The position numbers and the translations under genes are program-made. A stretch of DNA of 32,000 nt from Coprobacillaceae bacterium. Lineage in GTDB: Bacteria > Bacillota_I > Bacilli_A > Erysipelotrichales > Coprobacillaceae. Below the pieces are notes generated by a model. That model saw only the letters and a program-made list of their open reading frames with translations, did no database searches and was not told the DNA's origin. Location: positions 2,593,388 through 2,625,387 of the forward strand of contig OY780959.1 in assembly GCA_963675915.1 (NCBI GenBank). The letters run 5' to 3'. Shown here piece after piece: positions 1 to 9,139 of the stretch. Position 1 is the stretch's first letter; the number at the start of each line of letters is the position of its first letter.

Positions 1-955
1 GGATGAAAAATTCCTGTTCGTTCAAATCAATTGAGTAATATACCTTGATTTTTTCAATCATCTCTTCAACCAGTTCCAGGCAGTCAGTTCCAATGTATTC
101 GACAATATTCACATTGTTGATGCTCTTGTAATCGATTGTCGTAGCCCGCGAAGTTAAAAGCAGCGCCATCTCGTAGGTTTCATTTACTGTGAATTTTATT
201 TTGAATTGCAGTTCAAGCCGGTCTACAATCGCCTGCGCCAGTTCGAATTCGTGTGACTTGAGAGTCAGTACAGTTTCAGTTTCTTTTATCGTGATGTTGT
301 CATTGATGATCCGGTCAATTGCAATTGTGATATGAAGTACAAGATTGATCAGTGAGTAATCATTGACAAAGTAGTGGTACTGATTGAAAACATCCAAAAC
401 TGTATTCTTGATGAAAGCTATATCGATATCTTTGAAAGCCTCCTGGATTACATTAAGATTGACGAAGTTGATGGAACTTTCATCATAAATGATGGAACTT
501 AACAATTTACGTTTGTTTTTTTCAAGTCCCTCAATTTGGATGAAATCATTCTCGCAAGAAAACTTCAAATCGAATTCACGCAACCTTCTTTTTAACTTGG
601 TAAGTTCAACTTTTAGAGTCGACAAAGAAATATACATCTCTTCGCAAAGGTCGTAGAGATTCACGGGTCGGCCTTCCTTGAAGATTGCATTGACGATAAA
701 ACTTCCCCGTTCTTTGGAATTTTGGGGTGGTGTGGAAGCTGTAGCGTTGATTATCTCAACCGCCAAATCTTTATTTATCAGATATCCGTTTCTCGTCGAA
801 GTAATCAGGTTAGGGTGGACGCGATTTAGTTGAGATATATAGTTCTTTATGGTACGGACTGAGACCTCCAGGCTATTGGATAGACTTATCGCTTTGGTAT
901 ATGCAGTCTCATGAGCCAGTAGTGTTCTAATCAGATCAAAATGCTTTTCTTTCAT
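1..955 (-). CDS. PRD-domain transcriptional regulator (BglG/LicR/MtlR-type, HTH N-terminus); first ~318 codons only, 3' end lies beyond the window start
   Basis: Absent from the ORF track because it runs off the window. My hand translation of the minus strand from the ATG at 955-953 is open all the way to position 1. It reads MKEKHFDLIRTLLAHETAYTKAISLSNSLEVSVRTIKNYISQLN... (HTH-like), then ...DYSLINLVLHITIAIDRIIN... (PRD-type motif). It is divergent from a PTS operon. Confidence 0.75.
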   Translation of the reverse strand, partial: MKEKHFDLIRTLLAHETAYTKAISLSNSLEVSVRTIKNYISQLNRVHPNLITSTRNGYLINKDLAVEIINATASTPPQNSKERGSFIVNAIFKEGRPVNLYDLCEEMYISLSTLKVELTKLKRRLREFDLKFSCENDFIQIEGLEKNKRKLLSSIIYDESSINFVNLNVIQEAFKDIDIAFIKNTVLDVFNQYHYFVNDYSLINLVLHITIAIDRIINDNITIKETETVLTLKSHEFELAQAIVDRLELQFKIKFTVNETYEMALLLTSRATTIDYKSINNVNIVEYIGTDCLELVEEMIEKIKVYYSIDLNEQEFFI

Positions 956-1185
956 TATCGAATCCCCATTCTGTTTATTATTGTCAAAAAGTAAAGATCA
1001 TTTCTTTAACATAATATCGCTATTTTTAATTATAGGTGAATAGTGTAACCAAATCTAGTTAATAATTGCACTCTTAAAAGGAAATTAATTATCTACCCCT
1101 TTACCAGGCAAATGACAAGTAGCGCCATTTTTCCTGATTTGATTTAATAGACATAGAGATTAACACCAGGAAAGGAAAATATACC

Positions 1186-1497
1186 ATGAAAAAATTAAAC
1201 GTGTTATTAGTATGTGGTTCGGGAGCGAGTTCGGGATTTATGGCTGCCAACATCAGAAAGGCCGCCAAAGCAAAAGGGGTGGAAATGAGCGTGAGGGCTC
1301 GAAGTGAATCGGAAATTGAAAACTACATTGATGAGATTGATGCCCTGATGGTAGGACCTCATTTGGCTTATATTCTCGACGATGTTGAGGAATATATTCA
1401 GGATGCTCCAGTTAAGGTGATCTTGATGAAACCGGAATATTACGCAACTCTTGATGGAGAACAAGCGTTGGAACATTTGTTTACAGAAATTAAATAA
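1186..1497 (+). CDS. PTS lactose/cellobiose-family EIIB component
   Basis: 103 aa. The N-terminus KLNVLLVCGSGASSGF has the phospho-Cys context typical of this EIIB family. A purine-rich RBS (AGGAAAGGAAA) lies upstream, and the gene is first of a IIB-IIC-IIA-glycosidase string. Confidence 0.85.
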   Translation: MKKLNVLLVCGSGASSGFMAANIRKAAKAKGVEMSVRARSESEIENYIDEIDALMVGPHLAYILDDVEEYIQDAPVKVILMKPEYYATLDGEQALEHLFTEIK

Positions 1498-1515
1498 TAA
1501 AGGAGAGAGATGTAA

Positions 1516-2787
1516 ATGAAGAAGTTTATGAATTGGTTAGAAAACAGTTTTGCCCCAAAAATGAATGTGATAAACCATAATGTCTGGATTGTAACATTGA
1601 AGGATTCTATTATGCAGACATTGCCGTTTATCTTCTTAGGATCATTATTTTGTATGTTGACCATTCCTGGTGATGTGTTCCATATTGCCGGATGGCCAAA
1701 TTTCTGGACTCCGTTTGGCTGGACGATGGGAATGGTATCGATTATGGTTGCATTCTTGATTCCATTCAATTTGATGGAGAAAAAAAGAATCAGAAAACAA
1801 AGAATCATTGCCGGTCTTAGCGGTTTGGTTCTGTTTGGGATTATTCTTACTCCTCAGTTGGTAATCGATGGCGCAATCGGATTTGATCACTCTGGTTTTG
1901 GTGCCGGGGGGATGTTCGTGGCAATGTTCTCAGGGGTTATTGTCGGGGTAATCATGCAGGCTTTTGGTAAATTCTCATTCTTCTCTGAAGAATCGGTAAT
2001 TCCTGATTTTGTAAGATCATGGTTCGATTCAATGCTTCCAATTGGAATCGTGGTTGTCTTGGGCTGGGTAGCTGTGGATATCTTCGGTCTGGATGTTTAT
2101 AATCTGGTTCTTTCAGTTTTCATGCCGCTAGGATCAATAATTGAATCACCTTGGGGTTTCTCATTGTTAATGTTTGTCTATTGTTTCTTATATTCAATGG
2201 GGATTTCTTCTTGGGTAATGACACCAGTATCACAACCGATTCTCTTGGCGGCAATCGCCCAAAATGTAGCTGGAACAGGAGCTAACCTGGTCACTTCTTC
2301 AACAATTTACTCTGCTTATTTATGGGTTGGAGGAATTGGATGTACTTTACCTTTGGTTTTCATGATGATGGGATCAAGAGTGCCTAAATTAAAAGCACTA
2401 GGTCGGGCATCATTAACACCGGGAATATTCAATATCAATGAACCGATTGTGTTTGGTGCAATCGCTTGGAATCCGGTCATGATGGTGGCTATGTGGATCC
2501 AGGGACTTGTTTTACCGGCTGTTGTCTGGCTATTTACAAAAGTAATCGCATTTGCACCGATTCCGATGATTCAATTTGAAATGTGGTATGCACCATTCCC
2601 ATTTTCAACCTGGGTAACGTCCGGCGGAGCTATCACCGGGATAATCCTGCTGGCTGTAATTGTCGGTCTGGCATCACTTATCTGGCTGCCGTTCTTCAAA
2701 GCTTATGAACGACAAGAATTGCTGGCGATGGAAAAAGATGGTCCGGCAAAGAAAAAAGAAGCGGCACAATTAATTAAAGAAAATTAA
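1516..2787 (+). CDS. PTS lactose/cellobiose-family EIIC permease
   Basis: 423 aa and polytopic. The N-terminus MNWLENSFAPKMNVINHNVWIVTLKDSIMQTLPFIFLGS is typical of cellobiose/lichenan EIIC. RBS AAAGGAGAGAG; 18-nt gap from IIB. Confidence 0.85.
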   Translation: MKKFMNWLENSFAPKMNVINHNVWIVTLKDSIMQTLPFIFLGSLFCMLTIPGDVFHIAGWPNFWTPFGWTMGMVSIMVAFLIPFNLMEKKRIRKQRIIAGLSGLVLFGIILTPQLVIDGAIGFDHSGFGAGGMFVAMFSGVIVGVIMQAFGKFSFFSEESVIPDFVRSWFDSMLPIGIVVVLGWVAVDIFGLDVYNLVLSVFMPLGSIIESPWGFSLLMFVYCFLYSMGISSWVMTPVSQPILLAAIAQNVAGTGANLVTSSTIYSAYLWVGGIGCTLPLVFMMMGSRVPKLKALGRASLTPGIFNINEPIVFGAIAWNPVMMVAMWIQGLVLPAVVWLFTKVIAFAPIPMIQFEMWYAPFPFSTWVTSGGAITGIILLAVIVGLASLIWLPFFKAYERQELLAMEKDGPAKKKEAAQLIKEN

Positions 2788-2806
2788 GAATTAAGGGGAA
2801 CCGTAA

Positions 2807-3157
2807 ATGAATGAAGAAACAGTAAAATCAGCAATGTCGATTATCCTGCATGCCGGGGATGCCCGTAATTTCTGTAAGCAATCGCTGGATGCCATTGCGG
2901 CCGATGATGTCGAATTGGCAAAGGTTAAAATGAAAGAAGCTCAAAAGAAAATAACTGAGGCGCATCGGGTGCAGACAGATTCGATCCAGGCTGAAACAAG
3001 AGGGGAAAAATCGGAATATTCACTATTGTTCTCGCATGCACAGGACACGCTGATGACAATTTATAGTGAACTTAATATTGCAAAACAATTGATAAAAATA
3101 TGCGAAAGCTACAATCAGCGACTTGCGCAGATTGAAAAAATAATCAGGGAGCAATAA
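2807..3157 (+). CDS. PTS lactose/cellobiose-family EIIA component
   Basis: 116 aa, helical. It has IILHAGDARN and the phospho-His context SHAQDTLMT. Confidence 0.85.
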   Translation: MNEETVKSAMSIILHAGDARNFCKQSLDAIAADDVELAKVKMKEAQKKITEAHRVQTDSIQAETRGEKSEYSLLFSHAQDTLMTIYSELNIAKQLIKICESYNQRLAQIEKIIREQ

Positions 3158-3198
3158 TTGCTTCCCTGATTACTCAAATATATTGTAAGGAGAATAAA

Positions 3199-4638
3199 AT
3201 GAGAAAAATACCAACAGGATTTCCGGATGATTTTTTATGGGCAGGGGCAGTAGCTGCCAATCAGATTGAAGGTGCATATGACTTGGACGGAAAGGGTTTG
3301 TGCGTCGCTGATATCAATGAATTCAGAAATGATATTGCAATCGACAAGAAATATAACGAGGAACTTGACACCGCTTTTGTCAAAGAAGCCCTTGCGGCTG
3401 GTGAAACCAGGGTTTTCCCAAAACGCTGGGGAATTGATTTCTACCATACTTATAAGGAAGATTTGAAACTTCTTGCCGGTCTGGGACTCAAAAGCTTCAG
3501 AACCAGCATCAATTGGGCAAGGATATTCCCGAATGGTGATGAACTAGAGCCTAATGAAAAGGGATTGCAGTTCTATGATGATCTGATTGATGAAATTGTC
3601 AGTAACGGAATGGAACCGATGATTACAATCTCCCATTATGAAATTCCTTTAAATCTGACTTTGAATTATAAAGGGTGGTACTCAAGAGAAGTAATTGAAT
3701 TCTTTGAAAGATACTGTAAAGTTCTTTTTGACCGTTATCACAGCAAGGTTAAATTGTGGATTATCGTCAATCAAATTAATTTGATTGGACATGAATCTTT
3801 CAACCATCTTGGTGTGGCAGAAGATTTGGTTGATGATGTTCAAAGTGCCAAGTATCAAGCTGTTCATAATGAGATGGTTTCATGTGCGCGGGCAACCAAA
3901 TATGCTCATGAAAACTATCCGAATCTTCAAATCGGAATGATGCTTTGCGGCGGACCTTCATATGCGGCAACCTGCAAACCCGAAGATCAGTTGGCAGCAA
4001 TGCGCCACAACCAGATGGAATATTTCTTCAGTGATGTGCTGTTAAGAGGATATTACCCAGGATATGCATTCCGCTTCTTTGATGACAGGGGAATAAAGGT
4101 CGAATTTGGCGAAACCGATGAAGAGGATCTGAAAAACACCTGTGATTTCTTCTCCTTCTCTTATTATTACACTCGCATTGTTACAAAGGAAAGTTTCGAA
4201 AATGGAAATGAGGCCATTCGTAACATGGAGTTGCCGGCAAACCCATGGGGCTGGACAATTGATCCAATCGGACTTAGAATCATGCTAAACGAGTTTTATG
4301 ACCGATACCAAAAGCCGATTTACATTACTGAAAATGGAGTTGGCTATTACGACAAGCTGGAAGATGGGAAAATTCACGATAAATATCGGGTAGACTACTA
4401 CCGTGATCATCTTGAACAGGTGAAAGAAGCCATCAAAGACGGCGTCGATGTACGTGGTTTCTACGCCTGGGGACCGATTGACATTGTGTCTTGTTCCTCA
4501 AGTGAGATGAGCAAGCGCTATGGTTTCATCCATGTCGATCTCGACGACTATGGTCAAGGCAGTGGCAAACGGATCAAAAAAGACAGTTATCAGTGGTATC
4601 AAAAAGTTATCGCTACTAATGGGAGTGATTTGACCTAA
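3199..4638 (+). CDS. Glycoside hydrolase family 1, 6-phospho-beta-glucosidase-like; acid/base position is Gln instead of Glu
   Basis: 479 aa. It has FLWAGAVAANQIEGAY, the nucleophile motif YITENG (GAA at 4330-4332) and the phospho-sugar-type C-terminus SSEMSKRYGFIHVD. The usual W-x-T-F-N-E-I-N motif reads WIIVNQIN (CAA at 3772-3774). Confidence 0.9.
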   Translation: MRKIPTGFPDDFLWAGAVAANQIEGAYDLDGKGLCVADINEFRNDIAIDKKYNEELDTAFVKEALAAGETRVFPKRWGIDFYHTYKEDLKLLAGLGLKSFRTSINWARIFPNGDELEPNEKGLQFYDDLIDEIVSNGMEPMITISHYEIPLNLTLNYKGWYSREVIEFFERYCKVLFDRYHSKVKLWIIVNQINLIGHESFNHLGVAEDLVDDVQSAKYQAVHNEMVSCARATKYAHENYPNLQIGMMLCGGPSYAATCKPEDQLAAMRHNQMEYFFSDVLLRGYYPGYAFRFFDDRGIKVEFGETDEEDLKNTCDFFSFSYYYTRIVTKESFENGNEAIRNMELPANPWGWTIDPIGLRIMLNEFYDRYQKPIYITENGVGYYDKLEDGKIHDKYRVDYYRDHLEQVKEAIKDGVDVRGFYAWGPIDIVSCSSSEMSKRYGFIHVDLDDYGQGSGKRIKKDSYQWYQKVIATNGSDLT

Positions 4639-4644
4639 GCAGAT

Positions 4645-4690
4645 AAGCTATCAGCAGTTATTCAATACTGTTGATAGCTTTTTTCTTTTT
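4645..4690 (+). terminator. Intrinsic terminator after the PTS/GH1 operon
   Basis: AAGCTATCAGCAG-loop-CTGTTGATAGCTT (one G-U pair) followed by TTTTCTTTTTT, 7 nt after the stop codon. Confidence 0.8.
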
Positions 4691-4833
4691 TACTTAAATA
4701 ATATTGAAATTACTCTTGACTTAAAGTCAACTACAAGGATTACTATATAGTTATGGGGTTAAAGATGAATATGTCTAAAAAGGGGATTATTACATATAGT
4801 AAAAAATGACTATTAAAAAGAAGGAGTCTAGGA

Positions 4834-5703
4834 ATGGAAAAAGCAAAGGTTTATTTCAAAGAAGAAATAACATCGGAAAGTCTGATTCAAATTTTTAAAG
4901 CATTGGAAACTGAATTGAAAGGTAAAGTGGCGATTAAAATATCATCAGGAGAACCGGGAGGGCACAACTTCCTTAATCCCCAGCTGATTAAAGGTTTGAT
5001 CGATAAACTTGAAGGAACCATCATCGAGTGCAATACTGCATATGGCGGGAAAAGAGCAAAATCGAAAGATCACTGGCAAGCGCTTAAAGATCATGGATTC
5101 ATGGATATTGCACCTTGTGATATCATGGATGAAAACGGGGAAATCGAGTTGCCAGTAAATGGTGGAACTCACTTGACTACCAACTATGTCGGAGCTAACT
5201 TCGCCAATTATGATTCGATGTTGGTGCTCTCACATTTCAAAGGTCATATGATGGGTGGTTTTGGCGGGGCGCTTAAAAACATGTCGATTGGTATTGCTTC
5301 AGCGAATGGGAAAGCCGTAATTCATGGTGCCGGTGAACCGGAAAAAATTTGGACTGCTGATCACGATTCATTTTTGGAATCAATGGCTGAAGCTGATAAA
5401 TCGGTAGTTGAATACATGGGAAAAGAAAACATCCTCTACATCAATATCGCCAACAAGTTGTCAGTTGACTGTGACTGTGACGCTCATCCTGCTGATCCGG
5501 AAATGGCCGATTTGGGGATTTTCGCATCATTGGATCCTGTAGCGGTCGACCAAGCTTGTGTTGATGCGGTGTATGCATCGAAGGATGAAGGAAAAGCAGC
5601 GTTGATTGAACGGATGGAATCAAGAAACGGAATCCATACAGTCAATACTGCTGCAAAACTAGGACTGGGTACGGTCGAATATGATCTGGTGATTCTGGCC
5701 TAA
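4834..5703 (+). CDS. DUF362-family protein (putative Fe-S binding, function unknown)
   Basis: 289 aa. My recollection of the DUF362 pattern: KISSGEPGG..., IIECNTAYGG, SHFKGHMMGGFGGALKNMSIG, and the Cys/His cluster SVDCDCDAHP. RBS AAGAAGGAG. Confidence 0.6.
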   Translation: MEKAKVYFKEEITSESLIQIFKALETELKGKVAIKISSGEPGGHNFLNPQLIKGLIDKLEGTIIECNTAYGGKRAKSKDHWQALKDHGFMDIAPCDIMDENGEIELPVNGGTHLTTNYVGANFANYDSMLVLSHFKGHMMGGFGGALKNMSIGIASANGKAVIHGAGEPEKIWTADHDSFLESMAEADKSVVEYMGKENILYINIANKLSVDCDCDAHPADPEMADLGIFASLDPVAVDQACVDAVYASKDEGKAALIERMESRNGIHTVNTAAKLGLGTVEYDLVILA

Positions 5704-5763
5704 CCGCTTTAAAGTGATGGCACAGGAAACCTTTAAATCAATTCCGTAATCGAGGAGGAGAAT

Positions 5764-6291
5764 ATGAAAAAAATGATTTTATCGCTGTTTTTGATATCAT
5801 CCCTGGGATTGATGACGGGATGTTCAAATCAGGCTGAATACAGTGACTCATCATCTCAAGACAATCTTGAAGTGGTGGATCAAAATACCGAAAATAATGA
5901 AGAAAATCAAAATAATGCAAAGGAGATACAAACTAATATGATAAATATTCAAGTAGGAGACAATACAATTACCGCAACTTTGGTTGATAATTCATCTACA
6001 GCTGCTTTAAAGGATATGTTGGCGGAGGGACCGGTAACTATTGATATGCGTGATTATGGCAATATGGAAAAAGTTGGGGCCTTCCCAACTAGTTTGCCAA
6101 GAAACGATGTCCAAATCACAACTGAACCAGGCGACTTGATTTTGTATCAGGGAAATGCTTTTGTGATTTATTATGCACCAAACTCATGGAATTTCACCAG
6201 ACTTGGAAAAATCAATGATATTACAGCAACGGAATTGAAAAAATTCCTGGGAAATGGCAATGTTTCAGTTACGTTGTCCCTGGCAGAGTAA
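5764..6291 (+). CDS. Lipoprotein with cyclophilin-like-fold domain
   Basis: 175 aa. Signal peptide plus lipobox LMTGC, then a low-complexity Asn/Glu/Gln linker. The domain INIQVGDNTITATLVDNSSTAALKDML...GDLILYQGNAFVIYY resembles the uncharacterised cyclophilin-like family. RBS GGAGGAG. Confidence 0.6.
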   Translation: MKKMILSLFLISSLGLMTGCSNQAEYSDSSSQDNLEVVDQNTENNEENQNNAKEIQTNMINIQVGDNTITATLVDNSSTAALKDMLAEGPVTIDMRDYGNMEKVGAFPTSLPRNDVQITTEPGDLILYQGNAFVIYYAPNSWNFTRLGKINDITATELKKFLGNGNVSVTLSLAE

Positions 6292-6321
6292 AATCCGAGT
6301 TGCGAATTGAAAATTATTTTT

Positions 6322-6354
6322 ACCAAAACCGCCCGCAAGGGTGTTTTTTTTGGT
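6322..6354 (+). terminator. Intrinsic terminator
   Basis: ACCAAAACCGCCC-GCAA-GGGTGTTTTTTTTGG: a GC-rich stem, a GCAA loop and a T8 tract. Confidence 0.75.
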
Positions 6355-6603
6355 TTCTCATGATTTTGACAGAGGCCTGCCAAAAGAGTAAATCAAGAAA
6401 TTCAAAACTTGTGATATGATATTGTGATATGGTATATTGTATGTAGTCAAAAAATTGACATTTATATTCAGGCATTATTTTTTTGTCAATCAGTAATAAA
6501 AAAATATCATTACGATAATAATTATTCAATAAAGGCATTGGGGCTATGATTCGATATTTTTTACAGCTGATTGGAAAGGGAAAAAAGCAAGGAGGGGAAA
6601 AAT

Positions 6604-7440
6604 ATGTATGTAAAAGATGGAACATCGGTATTGAAAAGGGTTCTGATGTCTAAATCGACTTATTTGGAAGCGGCACCGATTAATGAGATAGCCAAAAAAT
6701 GGTCCAGCCAGCCTTTGGATCGGGATTTGCTCAAGAGGGAGCATGAAAGCATAGTGGCGGCATATCACAAATATGGAGTCGAAGTTGTGCTGCTTGATGC
6801 CGATCCTCAAAGGCCTAACTCGGTCTTCTCGAGAGATTTTGGGGGCTGTGTAAGGGAAGGTTATATCCTGGGCAATTTCAAAGAGCCGATTCGATTCAAA
6901 GAGCGAGCGGATTATGAAAAGAAGATGGCTGAACTAGGAATTCCCAAGATTGCTGAAGTAAAAGCGGGATTGTTTGAAGGTGGTGACTTTGCCTTTATTG
7001 ATCGAAATACGATTGCAATCGGCACAGCAGTGCGCAGTGATTTGGCGGGAATCAGGGAGAAACAAGCGGCGCTGGCGCCGTATGGGTATACCATAATTCC
7101 AGTTGCGATGGATGAAAAATATCTGCATCTGGATTTGTGTTTCAATTTGGTGGCTGATGATTTGGCAATTGTCTGTTCAAAAGCGTTGCCGGAGTACTTT
7201 TTGAACATTCTTTATACCAAGGGGATTGAAACAATCGACATTACCGAAGAACAGGTCTTCCAACATGGATGCAACGTTGAAGCAATCGGTGATAGAAGGG
7301 TTGTTTCCTTGAACCAAAACCACTTTGTGAATGAGAAATTGCGGGGAAAAGGATGTACCGTGATTGAGTTGGATATTGTCGAACATTTGAAAGCCGGGGG
7401 TGGGCCGCATTGTATGACTTTCCCACTAGAAAGGAATTAA
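6604..7440 (+). CDS. Amidinotransferase-fold guanidino-group-modifying hydrolase (DDAH / arginine-deiminase-like)
   Basis: The ORF track starts at TTG 6571, but ATG 6604 sits 6 nt after AAGGAGGGG. Motifs are FSRDFG, LHLDLCFN and the C-terminal catalytic-Cys context GGGPHCMTFPL typical of this superfamily. Confidence 0.75.
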   Translation: MYVKDGTSVLKRVLMSKSTYLEAAPINEIAKKWSSQPLDRDLLKREHESIVAAYHKYGVEVVLLDADPQRPNSVFSRDFGGCVREGYILGNFKEPIRFKERADYEKKMAELGIPKIAEVKAGLFEGGDFAFIDRNTIAIGTAVRSDLAGIREKQAALAPYGYTIIPVAMDEKYLHLDLCFNLVADDLAIVCSKALPEYFLNILYTKGIETIDITEEQVFQHGCNVEAIGDRRVVSLNQNHFVNEKLRGKGCTVIELDIVEHLKAGGGPHCMTFPLERN

Positions 7441-7443
7441 TAT

Positions 7444-9099
7444 ATGATTGCATTTGAGAAGTTTTTGAAAGAAGAAATGATTCAGTTAACTAAGGATCTC
7501 GTAGCCATCCCCAGTGTCAATTCGACTGCGGGAGAAAGCAAGATTGGGGATTTCATTGCCAATTACATCAGGGATATTCCTTATTTCAAGGAGAATCCAG
7601 ACTATGTTTCTATAGCCAAACTTAAGGATGATGTTCTTGAACGAAAGAACGTGATCGCTTTGTTGAAGGGGAATGGGAAGTCGAACAAAACTTTGATATT
7701 CCATGGCCATACCGATACGGTAGGAGTCAAGGATTATGGACGACTTGAAGAATATGCCTTTGATTGTGATGGGTTGATTGAAGCGCTTGAAACAGTTAAC
7801 CTGGCTGAAGACATCAAAAAGGATCTGGATTCGGGCGATTATCTTTTTGGTCGGGGAACCTGCGACATGAAAAGTGGCGATGCGGTTTTTTTGGTCCTGC
7901 TTAAGTATTTAAGTGAGAAAGCAGAACTGATCAATGGAAATATCATGGTATCATTCAATCCGGTTGAAGAGAACCTGCATACAGGAGTGATTGAATCATT
8001 ACCAATCTATTCAAAATTCAAGCACCAGTATGGTCTTGAATATGTCATGGCAGTGAATAATGATTTTACCTGTCCGATGTATCCAGGTGATCAGCATCGA
8101 TATATTTATGCGGGGGCGGTTGGAAAACTGCTGCCATGTTTCTACATCATGGGCAAAGAAACCCATGTGGGTCAATGTTTTGAAGGCTTGGATGCATCCA
8201 TGATTGGGGCCAAAATTGTGGAGATCATGAACTGCAATCCCAAATTCTGTGATGGATATAACGGTGAGTACACCCTGCCGCCTTCAGTTTTGAAAATGAA
8301 AGACATGAAAGATTTCTACAATGTCCAGACCGCCTATAATTCATTTGTTTATTTCAATTATTTTGTTCACAACAAGAGCATGGATGAAATAGTGGGGTTG
8401 TTAAAAGTTGTGGCCAGTGAGGCGATGGCAAAAACAATCGAACAGTTGGATTGTCGCTTCAAAGAATACTCTGCTTTGTCCGGTTTGAAATATGAGAAAC
8501 TCGATTATCAAACCAATGTGAAGACTTATGATCAATTATATGGAATGGCCAAGCAGGTCAAAGGAGATGAACTTGAAGAATTGCTGGCGACAAAAATGGC
8601 TGAAATCATGGCTGGTGAAAAAGACCAACGGGAGATTGCCTGTCAGGTAGTCAAATGGCTGACTGAAGTTGTCGAAATTCATGAACCAGGAATTGTACTC
8701 TTCTTTGCGCCACCATATTGTCCCCACAATACTCTTAAAAAAGAGGTGCAATCGGAGCTGGATATATATGAAAAATTGGAAGATATTACGTCGGAACTTG
8801 GTGAAGAAGTTGGGGAAGTATTCAAGTTTGACCAATTTTTCCCTAGTTTGTCGGATAGCAGTTATATCAAAATAGATGATACTGAAGAGTCCATCAAATT
8901 ACTCGTTGATAACTTCCCGGGTTATGAAACCCTGTATCCGCTTCCTTTCAAGGAGATGAAGCAACTGGACATCCCGGCAGTAAACTTTGGGGTGTATGGC
9001 AAAGATGCCCACAAGTGGACCGAACGGGTAAGCATATCATACTCATTTGAAACCTTACCAAAGTTGATTTTGAAGACCATTGACAAATTCTTGGGATAG
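7444..9099 (+). CDS. rocB: M20-family metallohydrolase of the long RocB (arginine utilisation protein) type
   Basis: 551 aa. Metal and catalytic motifs are HGHTDTV, GRGTCDMKSGDA and NPVEEN. The ~550-aa length and layout fit RocB-like M20 proteins. It starts 4 nt after the preceding stop. Confidence 0.7.
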   Translation: MIAFEKFLKEEMIQLTKDLVAIPSVNSTAGESKIGDFIANYIRDIPYFKENPDYVSIAKLKDDVLERKNVIALLKGNGKSNKTLIFHGHTDTVGVKDYGRLEEYAFDCDGLIEALETVNLAEDIKKDLDSGDYLFGRGTCDMKSGDAVFLVLLKYLSEKAELINGNIMVSFNPVEENLHTGVIESLPIYSKFKHQYGLEYVMAVNNDFTCPMYPGDQHRYIYAGAVGKLLPCFYIMGKETHVGQCFEGLDASMIGAKIVEIMNCNPKFCDGYNGEYTLPPSVLKMKDMKDFYNVQTAYNSFVYFNYFVHNKSMDEIVGLLKVVASEAMAKTIEQLDCRFKEYSALSGLKYEKLDYQTNVKTYDQLYGMAKQVKGDELEELLATKMAEIMAGEKDQREIACQVVKWLTEVVEIHEPGIVLFFAPPYCPHNTLKKEVQSELDIYEKLEDITSELGEEVGEVFKFDQFFPSLSDSSYIKIDDTEESIKLLVDNFPGYETLYPLPFKEMKQLDIPAVNFGVYGKDAHKWTERVSISYSFETLPKLILKTIDKFLG

Positions 9100-9139
9100 G
9101 ATGTCAAAAGTTTGGGGAATGAAAGGATAATTGATTGCA

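Noticed and set aside
958-1185. A catabolite-responsive element (cre) or RAT antiterminator hairpin in the regulator/PTS intergenic region.
   Set aside because: I found no match to the TGNAANCGNTTNCA-type cre core and no terminator-overlapping RAT structure. The regulator has an HTH N-terminus, so DNA binding rather than antitermination is expected.
6455-6540. ARG-box (ArgR/AhrC) operators upstream of the guanidino-type operon.
   Set aside because: Only isolated half-site-like strings (TATATTCAGG, AATTATTCAATA) are present. I could not find a full 18-bp palindromic box, so I do not call one.
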